Below the pieces are notes generated by a model. It searched no databases. It worked only from the letters and a program-made list of their open reading frames with translations, and was not told the origin of the DNA. 64,000 nt of DNA from an uncultured Planctomycetaceae bacterium (GTDB taxonomy: Bacteria; Planctomycetota; Planctomycetia; Isosphaerales; Isosphaeraceae). Location: the NCBI GenBank assembly GCA_963833985.1, contig CAWIAD010000001.1, forward strand, positions 2,624,001-2,688,000. Reading direction: 5' to 3'. The translations under genes and the position numbers were made by a program. Positions 44,141 to 52,454 of this stretch are shown one piece after another. Position 1 is the stretch's first letter, and each line of letters opens with the position of its first letter.

Positions 44141-44881
44141 TCCGACCCGCTTTGGCTGGACATCACTTTGTTGGCTCCGCCGGAAGAGCGGTACCTGCTT
44201 GTCGGTGGCGAGCACCGCGCAGGCGGCCGCAAAAAGGACCACGAGGAAATGGGCCAGGAGCCGGGTGGCTCCCCGGCCAGGCATGGGTGAGAGGTCCCAC
44301 TCCAGCGGGAACACAACCGTGTGAACCAGGTTGTACACGATGGCGCCAAGCGTTGCCCCCATGGTGCCAGCCGACAACCCCCGGCCGGCACCCGCCGGCC
44401 CGCTCAGGCCCATACCAAAGGCCAGGCCTGACGCGCCCCCGATGAAGGCGTACATCGCCGTATGCACCAGCAGGGGGAGCGCCGGGCTGGGGGGCCGCCC
44501 CGCATACTTGTAGAACAGGGGAACCAGCGAGAGCGGCCCGGCCGATCCAGCCAGGCCGCCGAGGAACATCCCGATCAGGCCGCTTGAGGTGATGATTGCG
44601 GCCGTCGATCGCCGCGCCAGGCCGCCTCCCACCCCGAGGGCCAGCCCCGAGACCCCGCCGAAGATGCCCATGAGCAGCGCGGTGTTGTTCGTCTCCGCCC
44701 GATGACGTGATGCCAGCAGGAAGGCCAGAGGTGGCTCATGCACGGGTCCGCCCGCCACACCCTGCACATCGCCGCGCCTCTCCCAGCGGAACAAGCCGAG
44801 AAACTGCTCGCTCACCAGCCAGCCCAGTGACGCGGCGATGAGAGCGGATCCGACGGCGCATCGCCAGGTGTCCACCCGCAT
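44129..44881 (-). CDS. Gly-rich multi-TM hypothetical membrane protein
   Basis: About six hydrophobic Gly-rich segments; the true start may be further upstream. Confidence 0.7.
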   Translation of the reverse strand: MRVDTWRCAVGSALIAASLGWLVSEQFLGLFRWERRGDVQGVAGGPVHEPPLAFLLASRHRAETNNTALLMGIFGGVSGLALGVGGGLARRSTAAIITSSGLIGMFLGGLAGSAGPLSLVPLFYKYAGRPPSPALPLLVHTAMYAFIGGASGLAFGMGLSGPAGAGRGLSAGTMGATLGAIVYNLVHTVVFPLEWDLSPMPGRGATRLLAHFLVVLFAAACAVLATDKQVPLFRRSQQSDVQPKRVGLTE

Positions 44882-45216
44882 GGCCGCGCGGACTTTCTCC
44901 GGGTGGTTCTCGGCGTGGCGAGGACCGGCGCTGCGCCGGGCCTTGGCCAGTCTTCATCTTGGCGCATGTCCTCCTCGCGCACGGTCCGGCGGGTGAGCGT
45001 CAATGTGACCTCGCATCTCAAGTCTTTCGTATGCTCGGCATGGCCCGCAAGACGAAGCGCGCGGCCGGAACGCCCGCCAAACCAGGGTGACGAGCGCACG
45101 GATATGACCGGACCACGGACTCCTTCCCACGCGGGAGAGCCCTCTTTTGAACACGGATTCTATCTGAGGATCCTCACGCCGTCCACCGCCCTGTTGTCGG
45201 CGGCATGGAAATCTGT

Positions 45217-45759
45217 CACGAATCAACATCCATTGTCTTACGATCGCGTGGTATCACCTCGAACTCAAAAACGCGGGCGGCGGCGCACCCCGCGGCGATT
45301 TCCGGCGCGGGAGGCTGCTCGGCGATCGATCGTGCCCGGGCCTGCGCACTGGTTCAGGTCGAGGCCGAATTGCCAGGCCCCGGCTTCCCGGCAGGACTCC
45401 TCGAAGAGCCGCGCGGCGCCCAGCGCGTGGGCACGCACGCCGGCAGTCCGGCCCTCGCGCACCTTCACGCCCGCGGCCGCAAGTTTGATCAGCGCCTGGA
45501 GTAACTTTGCAGTCGGTCCTCGGCGGCCGTGAGCATGCCAGAGGGCCTCCCAGCTCTCGTGCGCTTCCCAGTAATAGCCGGCGTTGAACAGCACGATGCC
45601 CCGAAGATATGCGGGCGAATCCTGCCACTGGTCGGCCCTGACCGGGCTCACCGCCTGTGGCTCCCTGCCGCGGAGATGGCCCTGCGGCGAGCTGGTCGGG
45701 TGTGGCCACGGACCGCCGGGCACGTAAGAATAGGGCGGCAGCGATGGCTCGCTGGACAT
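45217..45759 (-). CDS. DUF309-domain protein; probable frameshift near 45340
   Basis: PYSYVPG..PHP, LFNAGYYWEAHESWEALW; alternate frame supplies RARSIAEQPP...VFEFEVIP. Confidence 0.82.
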
Positions 45760-45833
45760 CGCCAGGCGGTCTCCTGGTAAGCTGGCGGACTCTCGTACCA
45801 GATGCATTTTCGGAGTTGCCGGCGAGCCTGTCC

Positions 45834-47228
45834 ATGGAAGTTCCACCGATCGTCGTGATCAACGCCGTCGGCCTGACCTCGCGGCTGCTGCCACTGGCTC
45901 CTCGACTGCAAAGCCTGGCCCGATCCGGCTGGTCTCGCCCGCTCGAGGAAGCAGTCCCCGCCGTGACCTGCACGGCCCAGGCCAGTATGCTCACCGGCAA
46001 GCCTCCCGGCGTCCACGGCATCGTTGGGAATGGCTGGCTCTACCGCGAGACTGGCGAGGTGCGCTTCTGGCAGCAGTCGAGCCGCCTGCTACAAGCCGAG
46101 CCCGTCTACGCCGCCGCCGGACGCAGGGCCGCCGAACGTGGGCGCAAGTTCCGCGCGGCGAAGCTTTTCTGGTGGTTCAACCAGGGCGCCGAGGTTGCCA
46201 TCAGCGTGACACCGAAACCGTACTATGGTGCCGATGGCAACAAGGTCTTCGGCATCACCGGTACTCCGGAAGGACTGACCGGCCGGCTCGAGCAAGCCCT
46301 CGGCAGATTCCCGTTCCACACTTTCTGGGGACCGAATGCGGGGCTGCCGTGCACGACATGGATTGCCCGGGCTGCGGCGCAGGTACTCGCCCAGGAACGG
46401 CCCGACCTCACGCTCGTCTACCTGCCTCACCTTGATTACGACACCCAGCGATTCGGCCCCTCCGGATCCGACATGGCGCGGCTGGTCGGCGAGCTCGACG
46501 CCGCGTGCGAACCGCTGCTGGAGAGTGCTCGTTCGAATGGATCGCGCGTCTGGGTGGTCAGCGAATACGGCCACTGCGACGTGGACAGGCCGGTCTTCTT
46601 GAACCGAGCGCTGCGCCAGGCCGGCCTGCTCGACGTTCGACCCGGACCCTTCGGCGAGGTGCTCGACACCTTCACCAGCCGCGCCTTCGCGGTCTGCGAC
46701 CACCAGCTTGCGCACGTCTACGTAGCGCAGCAACATGACCTTGAAAGAGTGCGGGAGCTGCTGGCCCTGGCGGCCGGCGTCCAGCGCGTGTTCGCCGGGC
46801 AAGAGCGCCAGGAACTGGGCCTGAACCATGCGCGCGCCGGTGAGTTCGTCGTGCTCGCGGAGCCGCGCTTGTGGTTCGCCTATCCCTACTGGCTCGACGA
46901 CCGCCAGGCCCCCGATTTCGCCCGCACGGTCGACATCCACCGCAAGCCGGGCTATGACCCGTGCGAGCTCTTCTTCGACCCCGCGCTGCTCTGGCCGAAG
47001 GGACGGGCCATCCGCCGCTTGATCCAGAAGAAACTCGGCTTCCGCACGCTCTTCGACGTCGTCCCCCTGGATGCGTCGCTGGTGCGGGGAAGCCACGGAT
47101 TGCCGGCGCCTGACATCCAGGACAAGCCGATCCTCATCGCCGACGGGCCTCAGCCCGCCAACAGCGGCTCGCTGCCAATGACCCAATTGCAGGAGCTGCT
47201 CCTGAGTGCGCTCGTTCCAGACTCATAG
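45834..47228 (+). CDS. Alkaline-phosphatase-superfamily nucleotide pyrophosphatase (EboF-like)
   Basis: VVINAVGLT, PAVTCTAQ, HGIVGNGW, YLPHLDY, SEYG, VDIHRKPGYDP, GSHG. Confidence 0.9.
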   Translation: MEVPPIVVINAVGLTSRLLPLAPRLQSLARSGWSRPLEEAVPAVTCTAQASMLTGKPPGVHGIVGNGWLYRETGEVRFWQQSSRLLQAEPVYAAAGRRAAERGRKFRAAKLFWWFNQGAEVAISVTPKPYYGADGNKVFGITGTPEGLTGRLEQALGRFPFHTFWGPNAGLPCTTWIARAAAQVLAQERPDLTLVYLPHLDYDTQRFGPSGSDMARLVGELDAACEPLLESARSNGSRVWVVSEYGHCDVDRPVFLNRALRQAGLLDVRPGPFGEVLDTFTSRAFAVCDHQLAHVYVAQQHDLERVRELLALAAGVQRVFAGQERQELGLNHARAGEFVVLAEPRLWFAYPYWLDDRQAPDFARTVDIHRKPGYDPCELFFDPALLWPKGRAIRRLIQKKLGFRTLFDVVPLDASLVRGSHGLPAPDIQDKPILIADGPQPANSGSLPMTQLQELLLSALVPDS

Positions 47229-47341
47229 CACTTCGGCCATACGGCCGCTACCGTGTGCCGCCCAGGGACCAGACGAGGTAAGATGGTGAGGGTTGTGCAA
47301 ACCAAACGCCAGGCACTCCCCGGCACGGAGCGGACAAGCTC

Positions 47342-47971
47342 ATGGCAACTCTGAATTTGCAACGCGCTGAGCAAGCCGGGCTCGTTCTCACGCCCGAGCT
47401 GGCCGGCACGCTCATGACTCCGGAGGAGTTCCACAACGCCGACGATGCCGATGAGAACTTTCGGTACGAGCTGATCCATGGAGTGCTTGTCGTGACCCCT
47501 CCCCCTCTCGAAGAAGAGCGCGGGCCGAATGAGGAGCTTGGAGTCCTGCTGCACATCTACCGGATGCAGCATGCGCAGGGCCGGGCGCTTGACGAAACTC
47601 TCTCGGAGCAGCATGTCAGAACGCTGGAAAATACGCGTCGTGCTGACCGGGTGATCTGGGCAGGGTTAGGACGGACGCCAAACCCCCGCAAGGACGCGCC
47701 TGCCATCGTTGTCGAGTTTGTATCCGAGGGCAAACGGAACCGGCTTCGTGACTATCACGAGAAACGCGCGGAGTACCTTGCGTCCGGCATCCACGAATAC
47801 TGGATCATTGACCGGTTCGCCCGCAAGCTGACCGTCTGCCGAAGCATCGGACCCGACCTGGAGATCGCGCCCGGTCAGGTCTATGAGACACCTCTGCTCC
47901 CGGGCTTCGAGCTTCCCCTGGCGAGGCTGCTTGCGGTGGCTGACCGCTGGCGCGCCAGCAAGCAAGGCTAG
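47342..47971 (+). CDS. Uma2-family endonuclease
   Basis: YELIHGVLVV, RRADRVIW, VVEFVS, EYWIID, LLPGFELP. Confidence 0.92.
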   Translation: MATLNLQRAEQAGLVLTPELAGTLMTPEEFHNADDADENFRYELIHGVLVVTPPPLEEERGPNEELGVLLHIYRMQHAQGRALDETLSEQHVRTLENTRRADRVIWAGLGRTPNPRKDAPAIVVEFVSEGKRNRLRDYHEKRAEYLASGIHEYWIIDRFARKLTVCRSIGPDLEIAPGQVYETPLLPGFELPLARLLAVADRWRASKQG

Positions 47972-48030
47972 ACGACTGGTTGCCCCCTGGCTCTGTTGAT
48001 CAACGCGTATCAACTCTGTCAATTTCTTCT

Positions 48031-48200
48031 TCATCCCACACTTGCCGGCTCGTCCTTCAGATTCCAGCGGATTCGCATGCTCCGAGACTGCACAGCACGC
48101 ACCGGAGTCGCGATGTCGGGTTGGGATTTTGACCGTTTTCGAGTCGACTCAGGGCCGGGGAATCGAGACCCGACCGTTGGGTCACCTCGGCAAGAATCTT
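48031..48200 (-). pseudogene. Degenerate XRE-family HTH regulator/antitoxin remnant
   Basis: LAEVTQRSGLDSPALSRLENGQNPNPT, then a shifted frame MRIRWNLKDE-stop; no credible start. Confidence 0.65.
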
Positions 48201-48449
48201 ACGTGTTGCATGTCGGGAAATATCGCCGCGGTGCGGCTGGAATCGCCAGGATGGAAGTCCCATCCGTGGTTTCCACTATTGACCTGGGGCTGACGCGGCC
48301 GGCTCTGACCTGTCGCCGCGGTGCGACTGAAAACCGATCACATTGGTCGGAAAACCTACGCGGCAGAGGTCCGGATCTGACTTCTGATCCGGTCGCGCCT
48401 CTGGTATTTTGCGCGCTGCTGGAAAATCGCGGACGAATCGCGGCGATAG

Positions 48450-48731
48450 ATGATGACGAGCATTCCCTTCGACTGGCTGATCTGCCGCACGACACTCCGG
48501 GAAGTCGAATCGCAACTGGCCGCCGACGGAGCGCCCGAGGTCTGGCTGGAAGCGTGGCAGTTGTTCCGGAGCCAGATCGAGCGTGACGACGAACTCTGGG
48601 AGTACGACGCCCTGGTGGAGGATGAATCTGTCCCGGCGGACCGGTCGGAAAGCTCGGACAGGCGAACTGGCTACGCGATTCTACGCTTCGGAGAAGTCGT
48701 GAATTCGATCCCTTGCTCGCCGTGGTCGTAG
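48450..48731 (+). CDS. Small acidic hypothetical protein
   Basis: Coherent 93-aa ORF, W...DELWEY...GYAILRFGEVV. Confidence 0.65.
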   Translation: MMTSIPFDWLICRTTLREVESQLAADGAPEVWLEAWQLFRSQIERDDELWEYDALVEDESVPADRSESSDRRTGYAILRFGEVVNSIPCSPWS

Positions 48732-48778
48732 CCGCTGCGGAACGGACCGGGGCCCGATAGCCTGCAAATGGTGAATCG

Positions 48779-49129
48779 ATGGTTGCGATTTTTGACTGGC
48801 TTCAACACATGCTCGGCAGTGAGGCAAGGGCCGGGGTCGCCGCGTTTCTGGCGTGCCTCGCAGTCTCCACCGTGCTCGGCGTCGGACTATTCCATGGGCT
48901 CGCCTGGCTGTCATTGCGTCTCGTCTCCTGGAAAGACGTATGCCCGACTTGCCGGCGGAGGAGCCTGGCCGTGTGCTGGTGCGACGAAACGGACGAGGAT
49001 GGAACGGAGTATTCTTACTCGCGGTGTGATGACTGCGGAGCAAGGTATAGAGTTCGATACCACGGTGAGTGGGAAGACGCCTCCGCAGCCACTTTTGATG
49101 CGAAATACGAGCAGGATGGAAATCGCTGA
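48779..49129 (+). CDS. Small membrane protein with CxxC...CxxC zinc ribbon
   Basis: Hydrophobic helix, then CPTC and CDDC. Confidence 0.6.
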   Translation: MVAIFDWLQHMLGSEARAGVAAFLACLAVSTVLGVGLFHGLAWLSLRLVSWKDVCPTCRRRSLAVCWCDETDEDGTEYSYSRCDDCGARYRVRYHGEWEDASAATFDAKYEQDGNR

Positions 49130-49393
49130 GACCTGCGCATGAGACAGGCCGCACCAGAATGCACGGCACTGCGTGTTTGACCCAGGGCGTTCTTTGCGAA
49201 CTCGTTCTTCGTGCCCTTAGTGTGCTTCGTGGTTCTCCTGGATTTGTTCGGCGCAGTCGCTGTCCGGCGTCACATGCGGCCGGACATGCGATGCGAGTTG
49301 CGTGTATATCCCCTGTCCCGATCAGTGCCCTTCGTGGTTGGCTGATCGCGCGACGACAGAAGGAAGAGCAGGAAAGAACAGACTATACACCCT

Positions 49394-49540
49394 TGGATCG
49401 AACGGCGGTTGCAGGAACTTGCGGAGATCTTCGCCGTGGCCGTGGGCGGGTTCGCGAATCTTGACAACCACCTGCACCTGCTGGTGCGGCTCGACCCGGA
49501 TGTGGCGGCGGGGTGGTCGGATGAGGACATCGTGTGGTGA
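49394..49540 (+). pseudogene. Internal fragment of a Y1 HUH (IS200-like/RAYT) transposase
   Basis: Frame absent from the ORF track: WIERRLQELAEIFAVAVGGFANLDNHLHLLVRLDPDVAAGWSDEDIVW-stop, with HUH motif HLH. Confidence 0.75.
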
Positions 49541-49621
49541 TCATCCTCGTTGCCATCCGGGTAGTCGAGCATGGCCTGCGCGCGCAACTCCATGTCCGGC
49601 ATCTTCCACCCCTCGCCCGAG

Positions 49622-50521
49622 TTACTTCGCGTCAAGAAGGCCTGCGGTCGCGGCGTCCGCCCTCAATTGCGACAGCGCTGCCGCCACGAGCGGCGAATCG
49701 CCGCGATCCATGCCGATGAGCAGCGAGTCGATGGTGTCGTGGCCGGCAAAGAAGCGCAGTTTCCTCTCCAGCTTCGCGCGGTCCCGGCCGGGGCCGTGAC
49801 GGACCACCTCCTCGATGAAGCGGGCTCCTCCCGTCTGGTACAGGTAGGAAAGCTCGTAGTCCGGGTCCCCGATCGAGGCATCACCCCAATCGATGATACC
49901 TGTGATGCGCGCCGCCTCGGGTGAATACCGAATGTGGTCGGTCGCCAGGTCGGCGTGCAGCAGGGCAGGCTCGTATTCCAGCAGTGCAGTGTCAGAGAGG
50001 TAGATGTCGAAGAGTCGCTCGATGTAATCGCGGACGGAGCGTTCGACCAGTGGATAGACCTGGAGGCGAGCCAGTTCAAGGTCTTCGGCGAAGCCCGGCC
50101 TCGGGTCCTCGTCCACCACACCCCAGGAGCGGGCCTCGGCGACGGGGATGGCCCGCAGAGCCGTCAGAAGGCCCGCGATGTCTCGGATCGCGCGCTCCCG
50201 CGTCTGGCCGGTCAGGTCGCGAGGCAGTGGTATACCTGGGATGAGCCGGTGACCGGTGAACGCATGCCCGGAGCTCGCCTGCTGCCCGACGTACTCGATG
50301 CGGGGGATGGGCAGGTCCAGCCGGGGACTGAGCTTGGGGAGGAGGGCGATCTCTCGCTGGATACGCCCCACCGCCTCGGTGTGCTTGGGGAACCGGAACA
50401 CGAACTCATCGGCGACGAGGAAAGCCCGGTTGTCCATGCCCTCTCCGAGCGAGGCGAATGATGCCCCACGCAAATCAGGGGCGACCCGAAGAATATCCGA
50501 CTGGAACGAGTCCATGTCCAT
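49622..50521 (-). CDS. Aminoglycoside phosphotransferase (APH)-family kinase
   Basis: LGEGMDN, FVFRFPK, LLHADL, IIDWGDASIGDPDYE. Confidence 0.88.
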   Translation of the reverse strand: MDMDSFQSDILRVAPDLRGASFASLGEGMDNRAFLVADEFVFRFPKHTEAVGRIQREIALLPKLSPRLDLPIPRIEYVGQQASSGHAFTGHRLIPGIPLPRDLTGQTRERAIRDIAGLLTALRAIPVAEARSWGVVDEDPRPGFAEDLELARLQVYPLVERSVRDYIERLFDIYLSDTALLEYEPALLHADLATDHIRYSPEAARITGIIDWGDASIGDPDYELSYLYQTGGARFIEEVVRHGPGRDRAKLERKLRFFAGHDTIDSLLIGMDRGDSPLVAAALSQLRADAATAGLLDAK

Positions 50522-51062
50522 CACGATGGCTGATCCCCGGTTAGTGGCCCTGCAGGGCCTGAGGTGCCCCAGGAGGAGATCAAATTGCGTGCTGGGTCGC
50601 GAGATCCGCAGCTTTTGCAGCGTAAACTGATTATGACGGTGCAGCGCGCGGGCTCCTTGACAATTCGGCCGTTTGTGAGGAGACCGCGCGCCGTCGAGGC
50701 CCGGCGGCACGCGGAGGTCCGGTCTGCCTCAACCCGGCAGAAGGTGATCCGCAACGAGCAAGGTGAAAAAAGAAGTCTTCGCGAAGCCAATCAAAAACGG
50801 AATCTAACTTGTTCTGCCGCAAGGCGTAGCGCCCGATGGCTTTGCTTGCGGGATACCGAGAACGAACCCAAACGCGGCCACTTAATAATTCTCTTCCGCA
50901 CCTGGAGAACGATCCCCGGCGTTCGTCCGGGTTGAAGACTGCCTGAGTGCACGATGGACAGGGCCGGGGCCGTCGATTAGCCTTGAAACTCCGCCACGTC
51001 TTTCCGCCCGGGAACAGGGACGATTCATCCATCCCGCCTTGTCACAACGAGGAGAAGCGCTC

Positions 51063-52292
51063 ATGAGCGACCAGTCCGAGGGCACGAGTCTGTCGATCGA
51101 TCGCCGCGGCTTCCTGGAAGCCGGGGCAGGGGCCCTGGCTGCCGCGGCCATCGCCGGGGAGGGTACCACGTCGAACGCCCAGGCCCAGGCGCCGGACCAG
51201 CCGCCGGTGCTCCCCAAGAGGCCACTGGGCCGCACGGGGGTCGAGGTGTCGATGCTCAGCCTGGGCACGTGGCTCAGCCCCGGGGGCGAGCGCCTCTTGC
51301 GCTATGCGTGGGCGAATGGCATCCGTTATGTCGATACGGCCAAGACCTACGGCTCGGAACCGATGATCGCGCGCTGGCTGGCCGGCATGCCGGGCGCCCG
51401 TAAGGATCTGTTCCTGGTCACCAAGGACCAGCCCAACACCCCGAAGCAACTGATCGCCCAGCTCGACCAGAGGCTCGCCGCGCTTCAGACGGATTATGTC
51501 GACCTCATCTTCCTGCATGCCGCGGGCGATCGGAACTTCGATCTCGAGATGCAGTGGATTCTCGGTCCGGAGCTCAAGCAGGTTGCCAATGCCATCCGGC
51601 AGTCCGGCAAGGCGAAGTTCGTCGGCTTCTCGACGCACCACCCCCAGCGTGCCGCGCTGCTTCAGGCCGCGGCCCAGAGCGGCTATCTCGACGCCATCAT
51701 GCTCCAGAACAACCCCTGGATCGCACAGGATGATGACCTGAACCGCGCCCTCGACGCCTGCTTCAATCAAGGAATTGGCCTGATCTCGATGAAGCAGGTG
51801 GCCGGCAACATGAACCTGAACGAGATCGGCTTGCTGCTGCCGGAACTGACCCAGCAAGGCCTGAGTCCGTACCAGGCCCTGCTCCAGGCCATCTGGAGCG
51901 ACCAGCGGTTCGCCTCGGTCTGCGTGTCGATGCGGAACACCGACCAGATCCGCCAGAACGCCGCGGCGCTTCGCATGTTCCAGCCCATGAACCAGACCGC
52001 GATCGATCGCCTGCGCGATGCCTGCATCGCCGCGGGTCCAACTCTGTGCGCCTCGTGCGACGGCCGATGCAGCCGGGCCGCGGGAACCACGGCCGAGCTC
52101 GGGAACCTGACTCGCTTTCTGACCTACCACGACCATCACGGATACCGTGCCGAGGCGAGGCGGCTGTACGCGCAGCTTGACCCGGCCGCGCGCGACTGGC
52201 GCGGAGCCGACCTGGAAGCCGCGCGGCAGGCCTGCGTGAACAGGCTCGATTTCGCCAGGCTGCTGCCGCGGGCCGAGGAGTGCCTGGGCTGA
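51063..52292 (+). CDS. Tat-exported aldo/keto reductase, paralogue of 42893-44140
   Basis: DRRGFL; VDTAKTY, GFSTHH; CASCDGRC...CVNRLD. Confidence 0.9.
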   Translation: MSDQSEGTSLSIDRRGFLEAGAGALAAAAIAGEGTTSNAQAQAPDQPPVLPKRPLGRTGVEVSMLSLGTWLSPGGERLLRYAWANGIRYVDTAKTYGSEPMIARWLAGMPGARKDLFLVTKDQPNTPKQLIAQLDQRLAALQTDYVDLIFLHAAGDRNFDLEMQWILGPELKQVANAIRQSGKAKFVGFSTHHPQRAALLQAAAQSGYLDAIMLQNNPWIAQDDDLNRALDACFNQGIGLISMKQVAGNMNLNEIGLLLPELTQQGLSPYQALLQAIWSDQRFASVCVSMRNTDQIRQNAAALRMFQPMNQTAIDRLRDACIAAGPTLCASCDGRCSRAAGTTAELGNLTRFLTYHDHHGYRAEARRLYAQLDPAARDWRGADLEAARQACVNRLDFARLLPRAEECLG

Positions 52293-52454
52293 GGCGGAGC
52301 AAAAACAGCAGCGAAGATCCAGCAGCGAAGATCCAGCAGCAGCGGCGCTGGAGGTGACTCTCGGACCGAGTTGAGCTTTTCAGCGCCTCCTCTTTTGCTA
52401 TGCTCGCGGCATGGCCGGCCCCACCTCCGGGGGCGCCGATCTCAGGAGGATGCC

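Noticed and set aside
50770..50880. A-rich CGAAGCCAAT...AACGAACCCAA stretch
   Set aside because: May be a relic of a dispersed planctomycete repeat, but single and degenerate here, so not supportable.
52308..52340. 14-bp tandem duplication CAGCGAAGATCCAG
   Set aside because: Only two copies; ordinary slippage.
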